The notes under the pieces: model-generated | Databases searched by the model: none | What the model saw: the letters and a program-made list of their open reading frames with translations, nothing else | Told to the model about the DNA's origin: nothing | Source of the DNA: a plasmid | Length of the DNA stretch: 64,000 nucleotides | Strand: one strand, 5' to 3' | Sequence record: NZ_CP069398.1 | Shown: positions 51,445 through 60,962 of the stretch, piece after piece | Layout: each line of letters starts with the position of its first letter | How positions within the stretch are numbered: the stretch's first letter is position 1 | Made by a program: the position numbers and the translations under genes

Positions 51445-52260
51445 ATGTGCGAAGTGTTAACGATTCCAAGAAGTAGCTACTACCATTCGTTCAAAAAGAC
51501 AGTATCAAACCGCGAACAGGAAAATCGGAAGCTAACGAAAGAAATCGAACGAATTCATGTGAAAAGTAAAGCACGTTATGGCGCTCCAAAAATTCATAAG
51601 ATGTTAGTAAACAACGGGTGTGACCTAAGCCTAAAGCGTGTTCAGCGCTTAATGAAACAAGCAGGAATTCGTTCGATTACAAAGAAAAAATACCGTCCCT
51701 ATCCGTCAAAAGAAAAGGTGGTACAACTGACGAATCTGTTAAAACGAGATTTTTCTACACAGACCATTAATGAAAAATGGGTGGCAGATATTACGTACAT
51801 TCCTACAGTAAAAGATGGTTGGTGTTATTTAGCATCCGTATTGGATTTACATTCTAAAAAAATCGTGGGCTATTCTTTTTCTCGTTCCATGACGTCTGAA
51901 CTAGTCATTGAAGCACTTCAAAACGCTTACACTAATCAAAAGCCCCGAAAGGGCTTACTTCTTCATACGGATCTTGGCTCACAATACACGAGCAGTGAGT
52001 TTACTCAGCATGTCCACAAGTATCAAATGGAACAGTCTTTCAGCCAGAAAGGCTGCCCTTATGATAATGCCTGTATCGAGTCGTTTCATGCCATATTAAA
52101 AAAAGAGGAAGTCTATCATACGCAATACCTAGATTATTCAGCTGCCAAAGTAGCCATGTTTCAGTTTATAGAAGGATGGTATAACCGAAACAGAATCCAT
52201 AGTAGCCTCGGCTATCAAACCCCTCAAGCGATTGAGGATCAAATAAGAAAAACAGCTTAA
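51445..52260 (+). CDS. IS3-family transposase OrfB (catalytic DDE domain; expressed as OrfAB by -1 frameshifting)
   Basis: rve-type integrase core (WVADITYI ... HTDLGSQYTS ... E). Confidence 0.8.
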   Translation: MCEVLTIPRSSYYHSFKKTVSNREQENRKLTKEIERIHVKSKARYGAPKIHKMLVNNGCDLSLKRVQRLMKQAGIRSITKKKYRPYPSKEKVVQLTNLLKRDFSTQTINEKWVADITYIPTVKDGWCYLASVLDLHSKKIVGYSFSRSMTSELVIEALQNAYTNQKPRKGLLLHTDLGSQYTSSEFTQHVHKYQMEQSFSQKGCPYDNACIESFHAILKKEEVYHTQYLDYSAAKVAMFQFIEGWYNRNRIHSSLGYQTPQAIEDQIRKTA

Positions 52261-52581
52261 GACTTAACTTTTTTGTGTCCAAATTATTGACTCAAGTCCA
52301 AAATAAGGTTTATTTTTTATGTTCAGTTGTTATAAATATTATTAAACGGCTTTGTTTTAGAAACCAATTATTACGATTATGAACTTTATAGTTACGTAAT
52401 TTTTGTAATTTCTAATCTATTAATCTTCTATATTGAAAGTAGAAAATTAAACTTTAAAAGATAAATTTTGAAATCTAGAAGAAGTTTACGAAAACTTATA
52501 ACTTATGTATCGTTCTTGAGTCAATATGAATTATAAGCAATAGCAATAATCGGGAAAACTTTAGAGTTTTTGTTGAATAAA

Positions 52582-52619
52582 GAACGTTTGTTCGTATATA
52601 ATATAGAGAACAAACGTTC
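52582..52619 (+). promoter_or_regulatory. Two LexA operators upstream of Y-family polymerase copy B
   Basis: GAACgtttGTTC at 52582-52593 and GAACaaacGTTC at 52608-52619 flanking tatataat. Confidence 0.75.
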
Positions 52620-52640
52620 TTTATTTAAGGAGTTCTTTTA

Positions 52641-53906
52641 ATGGATGATGGGCAGCTATCAAACAGAATCATTATTTGTATAGACATGAAATCGTTTTTC
52701 GCCTCGGTTTCCTCTGTTATACGGGGGTTAGATCCGTTGAAAACAAGGCTTGCGGTGGTAGGAGATATCAAAAGGTCAGGATCGGTTGTGTTAGCTGCCA
52801 CACCTTTATTAAAGAAAGAAGGGATCAAAACAGGAAGTCGTCTTTTTGACATTCCTAAAAGGAAAGATATCCATGTGGTAAATCCATCTATGGAGAGATA
52901 TATCAAGGCTTCGAACTATATTTCGAGTTTGGTGTTACAGTATGTGGCTCCTGAAGACTTTCATGCGTATAGCATTGATGAGTTATTTATTGATGCGACA
53001 GCTTCTTTGCATTTATTCGCTAAAACACCAGAAGAACTGGCCCATAAAATTATCAACGAGATTTATCGTAAGACACGGCTGACAGCTACCGCAGGTATCG
53101 GTCCGAATCTCTTACTGGCGAAGGTGAGCTTAGATCATGAAGCCAAGAATAGCCCAACAGGAGTTGCCTATTGGCGATATGAGGATATTCCCTTTAAGTT
53201 GTGGCCCATTCATCCGATGAAGGATTTCTGGGGGATCTCGTCTGCTACAGAAAGACGCTTAAATCGTTTGGGCATTCACTCTATCAAAGAACTCGCTCTT
53301 TCTTCAAAAGAGATGTTACAAAAGGAATTTGGCATACTAGGCGAAGAGTTGCACCAACATGCGAATGGCATTGATTACAGTCGCATTTCTGATGTGTACA
53401 TTCCTAGCTCTCGTTCCTTTGGAAAGAGTCAGATTCTATTCCGTGATTATACAAACCGAAAAGAAGTGGAGTTATTGCTGTTAGAGCTATTGGACGATGT
53501 ATGTTTTCGTTTACGCATGCATCAAGTGGTGGCTCAGACTGTTCATTTATCCATTGGCTACAGCAAACAAACAGGTGGCGGCTTCTCCAGACAAAAGAAA
53601 ATGGGGAGAGCTTCGAACTTAAGCCAAGATATCTTTCCATACTGTTTAACGATTTTACATACGCATGATAGTGGCATGCCTATTCGCTCCATTGGCATTT
53701 CATTGTCCAACACTAGTATTCAAGAAGAGGAGCAAATGAGCTTATTTGAGGACATCGATCAGCGTGAAAGAGACTATGCTCTTGCCAAAACGATTGATGA
53801 CATTCGGCTGCGTTATGGCAAGAATAGTGTACTACGTGCGTCTAGTCACCTTCCTTATTCAACAGCTCGCTATCGAAACGGCCTTATGGGTGGCCATAAG
53901 GCTTAA
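52641..53906 (+). CDS. Y-family DNA polymerase, copy B
   Basis: 421 aa, roughly 90% identical to copy A. Confidence 0.85.
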   Translation: MDDGQLSNRIIICIDMKSFFASVSSVIRGLDPLKTRLAVVGDIKRSGSVVLAATPLLKKEGIKTGSRLFDIPKRKDIHVVNPSMERYIKASNYISSLVLQYVAPEDFHAYSIDELFIDATASLHLFAKTPEELAHKIINEIYRKTRLTATAGIGPNLLLAKVSLDHEAKNSPTGVAYWRYEDIPFKLWPIHPMKDFWGISSATERRLNRLGIHSIKELALSSKEMLQKEFGILGEELHQHANGIDYSRISDVYIPSSRSFGKSQILFRDYTNRKEVELLLLELLDDVCFRLRMHQVVAQTVHLSIGYSKQTGGGFSRQKKMGRASNLSQDIFPYCLTILHTHDSGMPIRSIGISLSNTSIQEEEQMSLFEDIDQRERDYALAKTIDDIRLRYGKNSVLRASSHLPYSTARYRNGLMGGHKA

Positions 53907-53919
53907 GGAGGAAAAAGAG

Positions 53920-54252
53920 ATGGAACCTAGAGGAATGAAAAAATGGCGTCCATTCGCTACTATGCCAGAGCAATACATAGAATTAAAGGAAATGATAAAT
54001 AAGCAAGCAGAAATAGCTCAACCTGTTTTAACAGAAGAGCAAATGGAACAGATGAATTTCACCTTAATTGAAGCCTTACATACAAATAAACAAGTGTACC
54101 TTACTTATTATAAGAGAGGCCAATGCATAACAGAGACAGGATTCATTCAGTTTTTTGATTCTCTTGGGGATTTATTTATTTTCATTGATGACGTATTTGA
54201 GTTAAAGAATAGAATGAGATTAAGCGAGCTAATCGATGTTCGCTTGGCTTAG
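53920..54252 (+). CDS. yolD: YolD-like protein, copy B
   Basis: Starts MEPRGMKKWRPFA with AAGGAGG RBS. Confidence 0.75.
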   Translation: MEPRGMKKWRPFATMPEQYIELKEMINKQAEIAQPVLTEEQMEQMNFTLIEALHTNKQVYLTYYKRGQCITETGFIQFFDSLGDLFIFIDDVFELKNRMRLSELIDVRLA

Positions 54253-54303
54253 TTCCTGAAGAGATCGTATATAGGAAGCATTTATGTTGGTGGAGGTACA
54301 TTC

Positions 54304-54453
54304 ATGTACAATTTTAGAGTATACACGTTACGGGATGGTTCAAAGAGAATCATTAAACTAAAAGAAGGAGAATCATTTAAAGAGGAACTCCAAAGAGCAG
54401 GTATTCAAGAAACGCAAATTTTTCAGATGAAACTAGTGGCAAAACCAGAGTAA
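54304..54453 (+). CDS. Small hypothetical protein (49 aa)
   Basis: GGTGGAGG RBS 7 nt before the ATG. MYNFRVYTLRDGSKRIIKLKEGESF.... Below the track length cut-off. Confidence 0.3.
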   Translation: MYNFRVYTLRDGSKRIIKLKEGESFKEELQRAGIQETQIFQMKLVAKPE

Positions 54454-54517
54454 TTTTAACATGCCCCTTTTATATGGCTGTAATTGTGTTAGTCTAATAA
54501 AAGCCAAATAGAAAAGA

Positions 54518-54703
54518 GTGATCAACCTGGAAGAAATAAAAGAGCAAGAAATCGATTTTGATAAAGTGTACGACTATGCTGAATTTTCGGATAAGGTGAG
54601 TGGACGATGCGATAACTGCAATTCATCTTACTTCAAAAGTTCAGTAAAAAGTGGCGTTTTCTTGCGCGAATGTCGGGAATGCAGCATGAAGAAGAGTATC
54701 TAA
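54518..54703 (+). CDS. Small C4 zinc-ribbon protein
   Basis: 61 aa. CDNC ... CREC pairs. GTG start. The ortholog in copy A is split by the map insertion. Confidence 0.45.
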   Translation: MINLEEIKEQEIDFDKVYDYAEFSDKVSGRCDNCNSSYFKSSVKSGVFLRECRECSMKKSI

Positions 54704-54877
54704 GTATAGAGGATTATATAGTAAAAGGAGAAGGGTTTTTACCCTTCTCCTTTTTATGTAAATGTAGTTGTGTTTACTCATTTTTAGAATCTGAAATAAT
54801 CTATGCCTTCTGCTGATGCCTTTTATAACAAACTGCTTTAGAAGTTAAGGCATCCGTTGATCGCTCTTCTATTCCAC

Positions 54878-55285
54878 CTAAGAATTACCTACTTCTGACT
54901 GTTCCATAATAGTGAAGGTACGAAGTCTTCGGGGAATAAAAACTCGTATCTCCTCCTCTTTATATCCAATTTGTAACATTTTCTCATTTTGTATAATGGG
55001 TCGTTTAAGTATAGTAGGATGGGTTCTTAACAATTTATATAGCTCCGGTAACGACAGTTTATCTATCTCTATATTTAATTTTTGAAGTATCTTTGACCTT
55101 GTAGAAATGATTTCATCTGTACCCTCTTCTGTCATGCTAAGAATGCTTTTGATTTCATCTTCCTTAAGAGGATCATGTGATATATTTCTCTCAATATAAT
55201 CAATTTGATTTTCCTCAAGCCAAGCCTTTGCTTTTCGGCAAGAAGTACAGCTTGTTGTCGTATATAGATTAATCATTTTTCGCAC
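54878..55285 (-). CDS. Spx/MgsR-family regulator paralog, copy B
   Basis: 135 aa. [13 protein letters not shown] CxxC motif. Confidence 0.8.
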   Translation of the reverse strand: MRKMINLYTTTSCTSCRKAKAWLEENQIDYIERNISHDPLKEDEIKSILSMTEEGTDEIISTRSKILQKLNIEIDKLSLPELYKLLRTHPTILKRPIIQNEKMLQIGYKEEEIRVFIPRRLRTFTIMEQSEVGNS

Positions 55286-55498
55286 CTCATCAATATTTCT
55301 TTTCTCTTTAAAATCTTTGATTAATGAAATCGTATTTAAACCAAAAACTTATACCATGTATGTGTTACAGAAATTGAATTTAATTGCTATTCCACTAGAT
55401 GCAACAAGGTTATCCAGTTCATCACTTTTGCGCATTTTCCATAGCCTCGCTGCAGCTACAGATTTAGCAACGAGTGATTGATATATATGTTTTACATT

Positions 55499-55556
55499 AA
55501 CTAATCATAAATATTTATAACGTTGACGTCAACGTTATAAATATTTATGATTAGTT
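55499..55556. repeat. Perfect 58-bp AT-rich palindrome centred on GACGTC
   Basis: aactaatcataaatatttataacgttgacg | cgtcaacgttataaatatttatgattagtt. Confidence 0.9.
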
Positions 55557-55962
55557 TTAGGGAAAATAAAGGCCTTAGGCTAACTTTCAGCATGAGTTTT
55601 TGAACAAAACAAATAAGTATCCTGAATGACAAGACTTCTAGGCTGCAGAACAATTTATTTTAGATCTTTCATTTTTAGTTTTGCGCCACTGTTTTTCTAA
55701 ATGGAAAGCGCCGTAAAACCGAGGAACGTAATAAAAGCCTGAATGAAGGAAGTATCATACAGGCTAATTATTACTTAATAAATTCACTTTTTGATCTAAG
55801 AATTAGGTTGTCAAAAATAAATAACAACTATGGCATGAGAATCTTCCTTACCAAGAATGGAGGCCGTTTCGCTTTTTAAAATCAGTTCAAGCTACGAATT
55901 TGGCTGGGTCTTAAATTTTTGAGAGCCCCATCACAAATCGATTTTCAAGTATGAAATTTGAG

Positions 55963-56466
55963 TTATTTAAAAATCAATTGAGCAATTTCCGTTCCACTTT
56001 CAACTTCATCTGACTTTAACGGAATCATTTCAGAGATTTTTTCTTCAAAATTCGGGAAAACAAGGACTGAAATAATTTCTTTTCCCTTCTCCTCAATATA
56101 GGAAAGATCAAAAGTACCAATGTGGTCATTAACACTAACTATATCTCCAGCATTAATTTTGATATTAAATCCTTCACCTTTTAATTCAACTGTTTCAAGT
56201 CCTAAATGTAATAGCATTTCAAGGCCATCTTCCGTTACCATTCCAATTGCATGTTTAGTAGGAAACACTTGTGTAACCTTCCCATTTACAGGAGAAAAAA
56301 CTTCGCCGTTAGTTGGAATAAAGGCTAGCCCTTCGCCCATCATTTTCTGGGAAAAAACGGGATCTGGAACACTTCCTAATGGAATAACCTCGCCCTTTAA
56401 AGGGCTATGGATGAATATATTTTTTTCTTTTTTACTCTTCTTAAAAAACATCATTTCACACCTCAA
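55963..56466 (-). CDS. PTS glucose-family EIIA component
   Basis: 167 aa. HxGxET-like region HLGLETVELKGEGF with conserved His residues. Confidence 0.75.
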   Translation of the reverse strand: MRCEMMFFKKSKKEKNIFIHSPLKGEVIPLGSVPDPVFSQKMMGEGLAFIPTNGEVFSPVNGKVTQVFPTKHAIGMVTEDGLEMLLHLGLETVELKGEGFNIKINAGDIVSVNDHIGTFDLSYIEEKGKEIISVLVFPNFEEKISEMIPLKSDEVESGTEIAQLIFK

Positions 56467-56469
56467 TGT

Positions 56470-56902
56470 CTATCTTTTACTATTTATATAATCTAAATAT
56501 CCAAATGCCAATGCTTCTACCACAATAAAAAAGGAAGAGGCAGATCGTACCCACCAATTTTTCGGAATAGGATTCATCGTACTGGAAGCATATAAATTAA
56601 AATCAGCATGTCCTGACAACCAATTACTTTTAAAATTGGTAAGGGAAATCATTTTTGCACCCTTAACTGCAGGAATATCAGGTAACCCTTGTAAGTTTGG
56701 ATTTTCACCGGATAGCGAAAACAAAATAATTAAATCTTTAGAAGTTAACTTTTCAATTATAAGCCTATATTCATTTGCGTGGGCCATTGCAGGAATAATT
56801 TGAACGGGTTTGCCAATAAGTAGGAATAGTCGTTGCAGTTCTGCAGCTTGATTTTTCTGGGCTATTCCTGTTGAAATGACATAAATATTTTCGCTAGTAG
56901 GG
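56470..56902 (-). pseudogene. RpiR/MurR-family regulator truncated at its 5' end by the IS231-like copy (SIS domain only)
   Basis: The SIS-domain reading frame extends upstream of the annotated Met (…GKPVQIIPAMAHANEY…) to the IS inverted repeat at 56903. No HTH domain is found on the far side of the IS. Confidence 0.55.
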
Positions 56903-58551
56903 GTAGCGTCACATACCCATCAAGCTAACGCAATGGATTTTCCCCAAAACGAAAAAAACGTTATTCTTTTTAGTAAACTACTCGAAAAGGATGGCGTTTT
57001 TTTATGGATGTTCAGTTTTCCGAAGAATTACACCTATTTGCACAAGAATTACAACGCTCTTTGTCTCCCATTGCCTTACAAGAAATCGCTAAGAAAGTGG
57101 GATTTGTGAAACGATCGAGTAAGTATCAAGCAAATGAACTGATGGCTCTTTGCGTGTGGCTTAGCCAGGAAGTCGCTCGCACATCGCTTGCACAACTGTG
57201 TAGTCGACTAGAAGCTTCAACAGGTGTCCTGATGAGTCAGGAAGGATTGAATCAACGGTTTAATCCAGCAGCCGTCCAGTTTCTTCGTGAGGTGTTTGCT
57301 TTACTTCTCACACAGAAACTTTGTGCAACACAATCGCTATCGTCAACGCTCTTCTTGATTTTTAACCGTATTCGGATTTTAGATGCCACAGTGTTTCAGC
57401 TACCCGATGCCTTCGTAAGTGATTATCAAGGGTCTGGAGGAAGCAGTAATACGGCAGGTGTAAAGATTCAGCTTGAATATGACTTATTGAGTGGGCAATT
57501 TTTACACGTACAGCTAGGACCGGGAAAAGATAATGATAAAACGTATGGCACAACTTGTCTTGAAAGTGTGAAAGCAGGCGATTTCTGTTTACGTGATTTA
57601 GGTTATTTTGATTTACGAGATTTACAAACGATTCATGAATTAGGCGCCTTTTATCTCTCTCGATTAAAGCTAAATACCCGTATTTATGTAAAAAACCCTG
57701 AACCAGAATACTTCAAAAACGGCACACTGAAAAAGCAGAGCGAATATATTCAACTTAATATGGCACACATCTTGAACGAACTGGAACCGGGTGAGACCAT
57801 TGAACTTTCAGAAGCTTATGTTGGTCAAATTCAAAAATTACCGACACGTGTCATCATTCACCGACTAACGAACGAACAAACTAAAACCCGTTTAAACAAC
57901 CAAGCTGTACGTGAGAAAAAGAAAGGCATTGTCATGAAGGATAAAAGTAAACAGCTGATGGGAATGAACGTTTATATTACGAACACACCACCAAAAGAAG
58001 TACCGACAAACGATGTGCATTCATTGTATTCGTTACGTTGGCAGATTGAAATTTTATTTAAAACATGGAAGTCCTTCTTCGAAATAGATGAATGTAAAAC
58101 CATCAAAAAGGAACGGCTAGAGTGCCATTTATATGGGCAACTCATCGGGATTCTTCTCTGTTCTTCCACCATGTTTCAAATGCGGCAGCTCCTGTTGAAA
58201 AAGAGAAAACAAGAGCTGAGTGAATACAAATCAATTTATATGATTAAGGACTATTTTCCGTTACTATTTCCAGCAATGGCAGGTGATCTGACTGAACTCG
58301 TAACGATTCTCCAACGACTGTATCACCTGTTGAAAAAGAATGGGCGTAAGTGTCATCGGTATCAGAAAAAAACCGTTTTTGACATTCTTGGTATTGTGTA
58401 TGAGACAGCAGTAAAACAACAACAAGTTGCCTAACGAAAAAATGATAGTTTCATAGGCTTCTTTGTCATGCCGATTTTTCTGATACTCACCGATGTTAGG
58501 ACAAGGATCATTACATTTTTAATCGTTTCTGTCGTTAGCTTGATGGGTATG
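56901..58551 (+). mobile_element. Second IS231-like (IS4 family) copy, inverted relative to copy 1, with no recognisable target duplication
   Basis: IR cacatacccatcaagctaacg at 56901-56921 and its reverse complement at 58531-58551. Flanks ggtagcgt and taggaccc are not direct repeats. Confidence 0.75.
57004..58434 (+). CDS. IS4-family (IS231-like) transposase
   Basis: Identical 476 aa product to the copy at 26908-28338. Confidence 0.85.
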   Translation: MDVQFSEELHLFAQELQRSLSPIALQEIAKKVGFVKRSSKYQANELMALCVWLSQEVARTSLAQLCSRLEASTGVLMSQEGLNQRFNPAAVQFLREVFALLLTQKLCATQSLSSTLFLIFNRIRILDATVFQLPDAFVSDYQGSGGSSNTAGVKIQLEYDLLSGQFLHVQLGPGKDNDKTYGTTCLESVKAGDFCLRDLGYFDLRDLQTIHELGAFYLSRLKLNTRIYVKNPEPEYFKNGTLKKQSEYIQLNMAHILNELEPGETIELSEAYVGQIQKLPTRVIIHRLTNEQTKTRLNNQAVREKKKGIVMKDKSKQLMGMNVYITNTPPKEVPTNDVHSLYSLRWQIEILFKTWKSFFEIDECKTIKKERLECHLYGQLIGILLCSSTMFQMRQLLLKKRKQELSEYKSIYMIKDYFPLLFPAMAGDLTELVTILQRLYHLLKKNGRKCHRYQKKTVFDILGIVYETAVKQQQVA

Positions 58552-58669
58552 TGGTAGGACCCCTATAAGCATTATCATTAACCTAGAACTGAATATGAAT
58601 ACACATTTTTAAAATATAATCTAGGAAATTGGAACCCTACAAAAATGCCTGTCGGAATTAATGCGTTTA

Positions 58670-58906
58670 TTAAATATCCCAAAAATCTTCACTCTTAATA
58701 TTAGGGTCTAGTCGTCTTAATTCTTTAATAATCTTACTTGCAGTTTTTAAATTTGGTACACGATCCTTATTTGTACTTAGGTGGCTAATGGTTGAGGTAC
58801 TTAGTTTTGTTCTGTCAGCGAGAACAGATTGTGATACTCCATGTCTATCAAGCCATTTTCCAAACTTACTACGCTTTTTTCCTAATCCGAACCATTGTTC
58901 AACCAA
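58670..58906 (-). CDS. XRE-family HTH transcriptional regulator
   Basis: 78 aa. SQSVLADRTKLSTSTISHL is an HTH. An upstream 20-bp inverted repeat pair at 58928-59003 is a likely operator. Confidence 0.6.
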   Translation of the reverse strand: MVEQWFGLGKKRSKFGKWLDRHGVSQSVLADRTKLSTSTISHLSTNKDRVPNLKTASKIIKELRRLDPNIKSEDFWDI

Positions 58907-59862
58907 AACTATCCCTCCTTTAACCCTTTTAATTTAATCTTGTACAAAAATCCCTTTTTATAAACTAATAGATAAAAATAAATTTTTTTAAGAAAAGGGA
59001 ATTTTGTACAAGCTCCATATCATATCATTTATTAAGGTATCAGTATAAGCTGTAATAAAAACTCCTAAGATAACTTAGAATAATGTCGATATTTTTGTCA
59101 TAAACATATAGCATGAATACAGTTAAGACCGCCTTATACACTAATACATAATGGGCGGTCTTTGTTATAGATATGCTATGAAAGTAGGAATTTATTAAAT
59201 TAAAAGGCTCGCATTATAAAATGCGAGCCCTTCAGCAAATAAGCCAAAACTAGAAACAGGGGATTAACGTAGTTAATCCTTAGGGTTATTGACTTGAAAA
59301 GTCTCTTTCATTGTATCAATATAGCAATTATTTTAAAATATGTAAAAGTTATCATTTTATTGGTTCTAAATGTAACCAAACAAGGAATTTAGTTGCAAAT
59401 ATTATTATTCATATAATAGTAATATAAAACGTTTTATTGTTTCTTAGACGTTAATTTTTCTAAATATCCCCTAAAATTATCAGCAGTCCTTAAAGTAACT
59501 AGATTACGTTCATATGATTCTTCGTAAGCCAGAAAATTAAGAATAAGATTGTTTTTATTGTAATGAAAGTTTAATTATAAATAATTCCCCCATAGCAGCT
59601 TTGCAATAGAATTGCTCTAGATATAACATGTTCCCACTATGAAAATTACATCCCTGTTCCTCCAGAGATGCTTCGCAGCAACTTATACCATATTCGAATA
59701 AGGGTGTTCACTAACATCTTTACTACTACGCAAAAACCATTCAATTGGGTACCTCTTACTGATGGCGCTTAATAGACTCGATTGATTCCCAAGCTGCACA
59801 ACTATGATGTGTTTTTTGAAAAGCTTAATAAGGCTCAAGAAATTGAACGCGGAAATAGCTAT

Positions 59863-60651
59863 TTACTTTTGATATTCATAGACGACTGGAACTTTGTCCA
59901 TTTTCACGGTTTTCGCCACGACATAACGGCGATATCCATCCTTTAAGACTTTTGAGTCTTTTTCAATCGTTAATGGTTCATCTAAGCGTCCTGTACGCTT
60001 CACAAAATCAATGACCTTTTGTGTTTTCTCAGGGTTCGGACGTGTGTTTAAGAAGGCTTCAGGTACAATAATATCATCAAAGCTCACGAGATCCTGTGTC
60101 CCTTTTGGTTGATTCGGTAGGGTTTTCGGTTTTCGCTCAGCCTTTTTCTCTTGTACAGGTGCTTCTTTCGCTTCTAGCTGTACCGCTTCTGCTTCTTTCT
60201 TCTGTTCATTTGCTACAGGTTGAGAAACAGGTGCTTGTGCTTCTTCCTGTTTAGTAGGTTCCGTATTCTTTTGGGCTTCAGAAGGCGTAGGTGCTTCTTG
60301 TTTAGGTTCTTTTTTCGCATCTGACTCATTCTTCTCTTTATCATTTTTATTCGGGAGAACGGTAATTTGAAAACAAATCACCCCTACTTCACCAGGGCAT
60401 TCATCAATGGGAATATCCAACGTTGGTTCCCCTTGAATTAAAATCTTTTCATGCATGATACTTTTCTTCGTGAGGCCTGTTTTATTAAAGGCTTTCTTCG
60501 CAACAAACACGGTATACGAAATAAAGGTACTCTTCTTTAATCCTTTAGGCGCAGATGGTGACCCTTTTTCACGCATATCAAAAGCAACGTAGCGATCGTA
60601 TTCTCGTAAGGGTCCTGTAGCTGATCCGGTTAACGTAATTTTATGTGGCAT
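59863..60651 (-). CDS. Protein with a C-terminal ParB/Srx-like domain and a Lys/Glu/Pro-rich linker
   Basis: 262 aa. C-terminus IVPEAFLNTRPNP...LTIEKD.KVLKDGYRRYVVAK...KVPVV matches the ParB N-terminal-domain pattern. N-terminal 100 aa unknown. Confidence 0.45.
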   Translation of the reverse strand: MPHKITLTGSATGPLREYDRYVAFDMREKGSPSAPKGLKKSTFISYTVFVAKKAFNKTGLTKKSIMHEKILIQGEPTLDIPIDECPGEVGVICFQITVLPNKNDKEKNESDAKKEPKQEAPTPSEAQKNTEPTKQEEAQAPVSQPVANEQKKEAEAVQLEAKEAPVQEKKAERKPKTLPNQPKGTQDLVSFDDIIVPEAFLNTRPNPEKTQKVIDFVKRTGRLDEPLTIEKDSKVLKDGYRRYVVAKTVKMDKVPVVYEYQK

Positions 60652-60811
60652 AATAGTCTCCTCCTGCGTAGATTATTAGTTATTGTTTATTTAGAACACA
60701 GTTCTAAATAAACAAATCTCAATGAATTTTTAGCTATTAAGGGATTTCTTTACTTATTACATGTTCTCTTGTTTTGCATATAAACAGCAACTGTGCACAT
60801 ACTTTAAGTAT

Positions 60812-60896
60812 GGACTTGTAGCTCAATGGCAGAGCAGCCAGTCGTATTACACTATACAACTTTGGCGTCTTGCAGGTTCAAATCCTGCCAAGTCCT
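60812..60896 (+). ncRNA. tRNA-like element: canonical acceptor, D and T arms but a 20-nt anticodon loop (pseudo-tRNA or tRNA-like structure)
   Basis: Acceptor ggacttg/caagtcc. D arm gctc-aatggca-gagc. T arm gcagg-ttcaaat-cctgc. The anticodon stem gccag/ttggc encloses 20 nt. No encoded CCA. Confidence 0.45.
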
Positions 60897-60962
60897 CTCT
60901 TAAAACAATGAATACGTTAAAAATAATAAAAGTTCTTATGATGCTTTAACTATTTTTAAAAA

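Larger units (their letters stand above)
51057..52300 (+). mobile_element. IS3-family insertion sequence (orfA/orfB with a -1 frameshift site). Termini approximate
   Basis: orfA is HTH-type. orfB is a DDE integrase and is open in the -1 frame from about 51370. Slippery run GCGAAAAAG at 51374-51382 just before the orfA stop. Confidence 0.7.

Noticed and set aside
60761-60949. 62 aa ORF in the track
   Set aside because: It overlaps a clearly tRNA-shaped sequence (acceptor, D and T arms). No RBS. Treated as non-coding.
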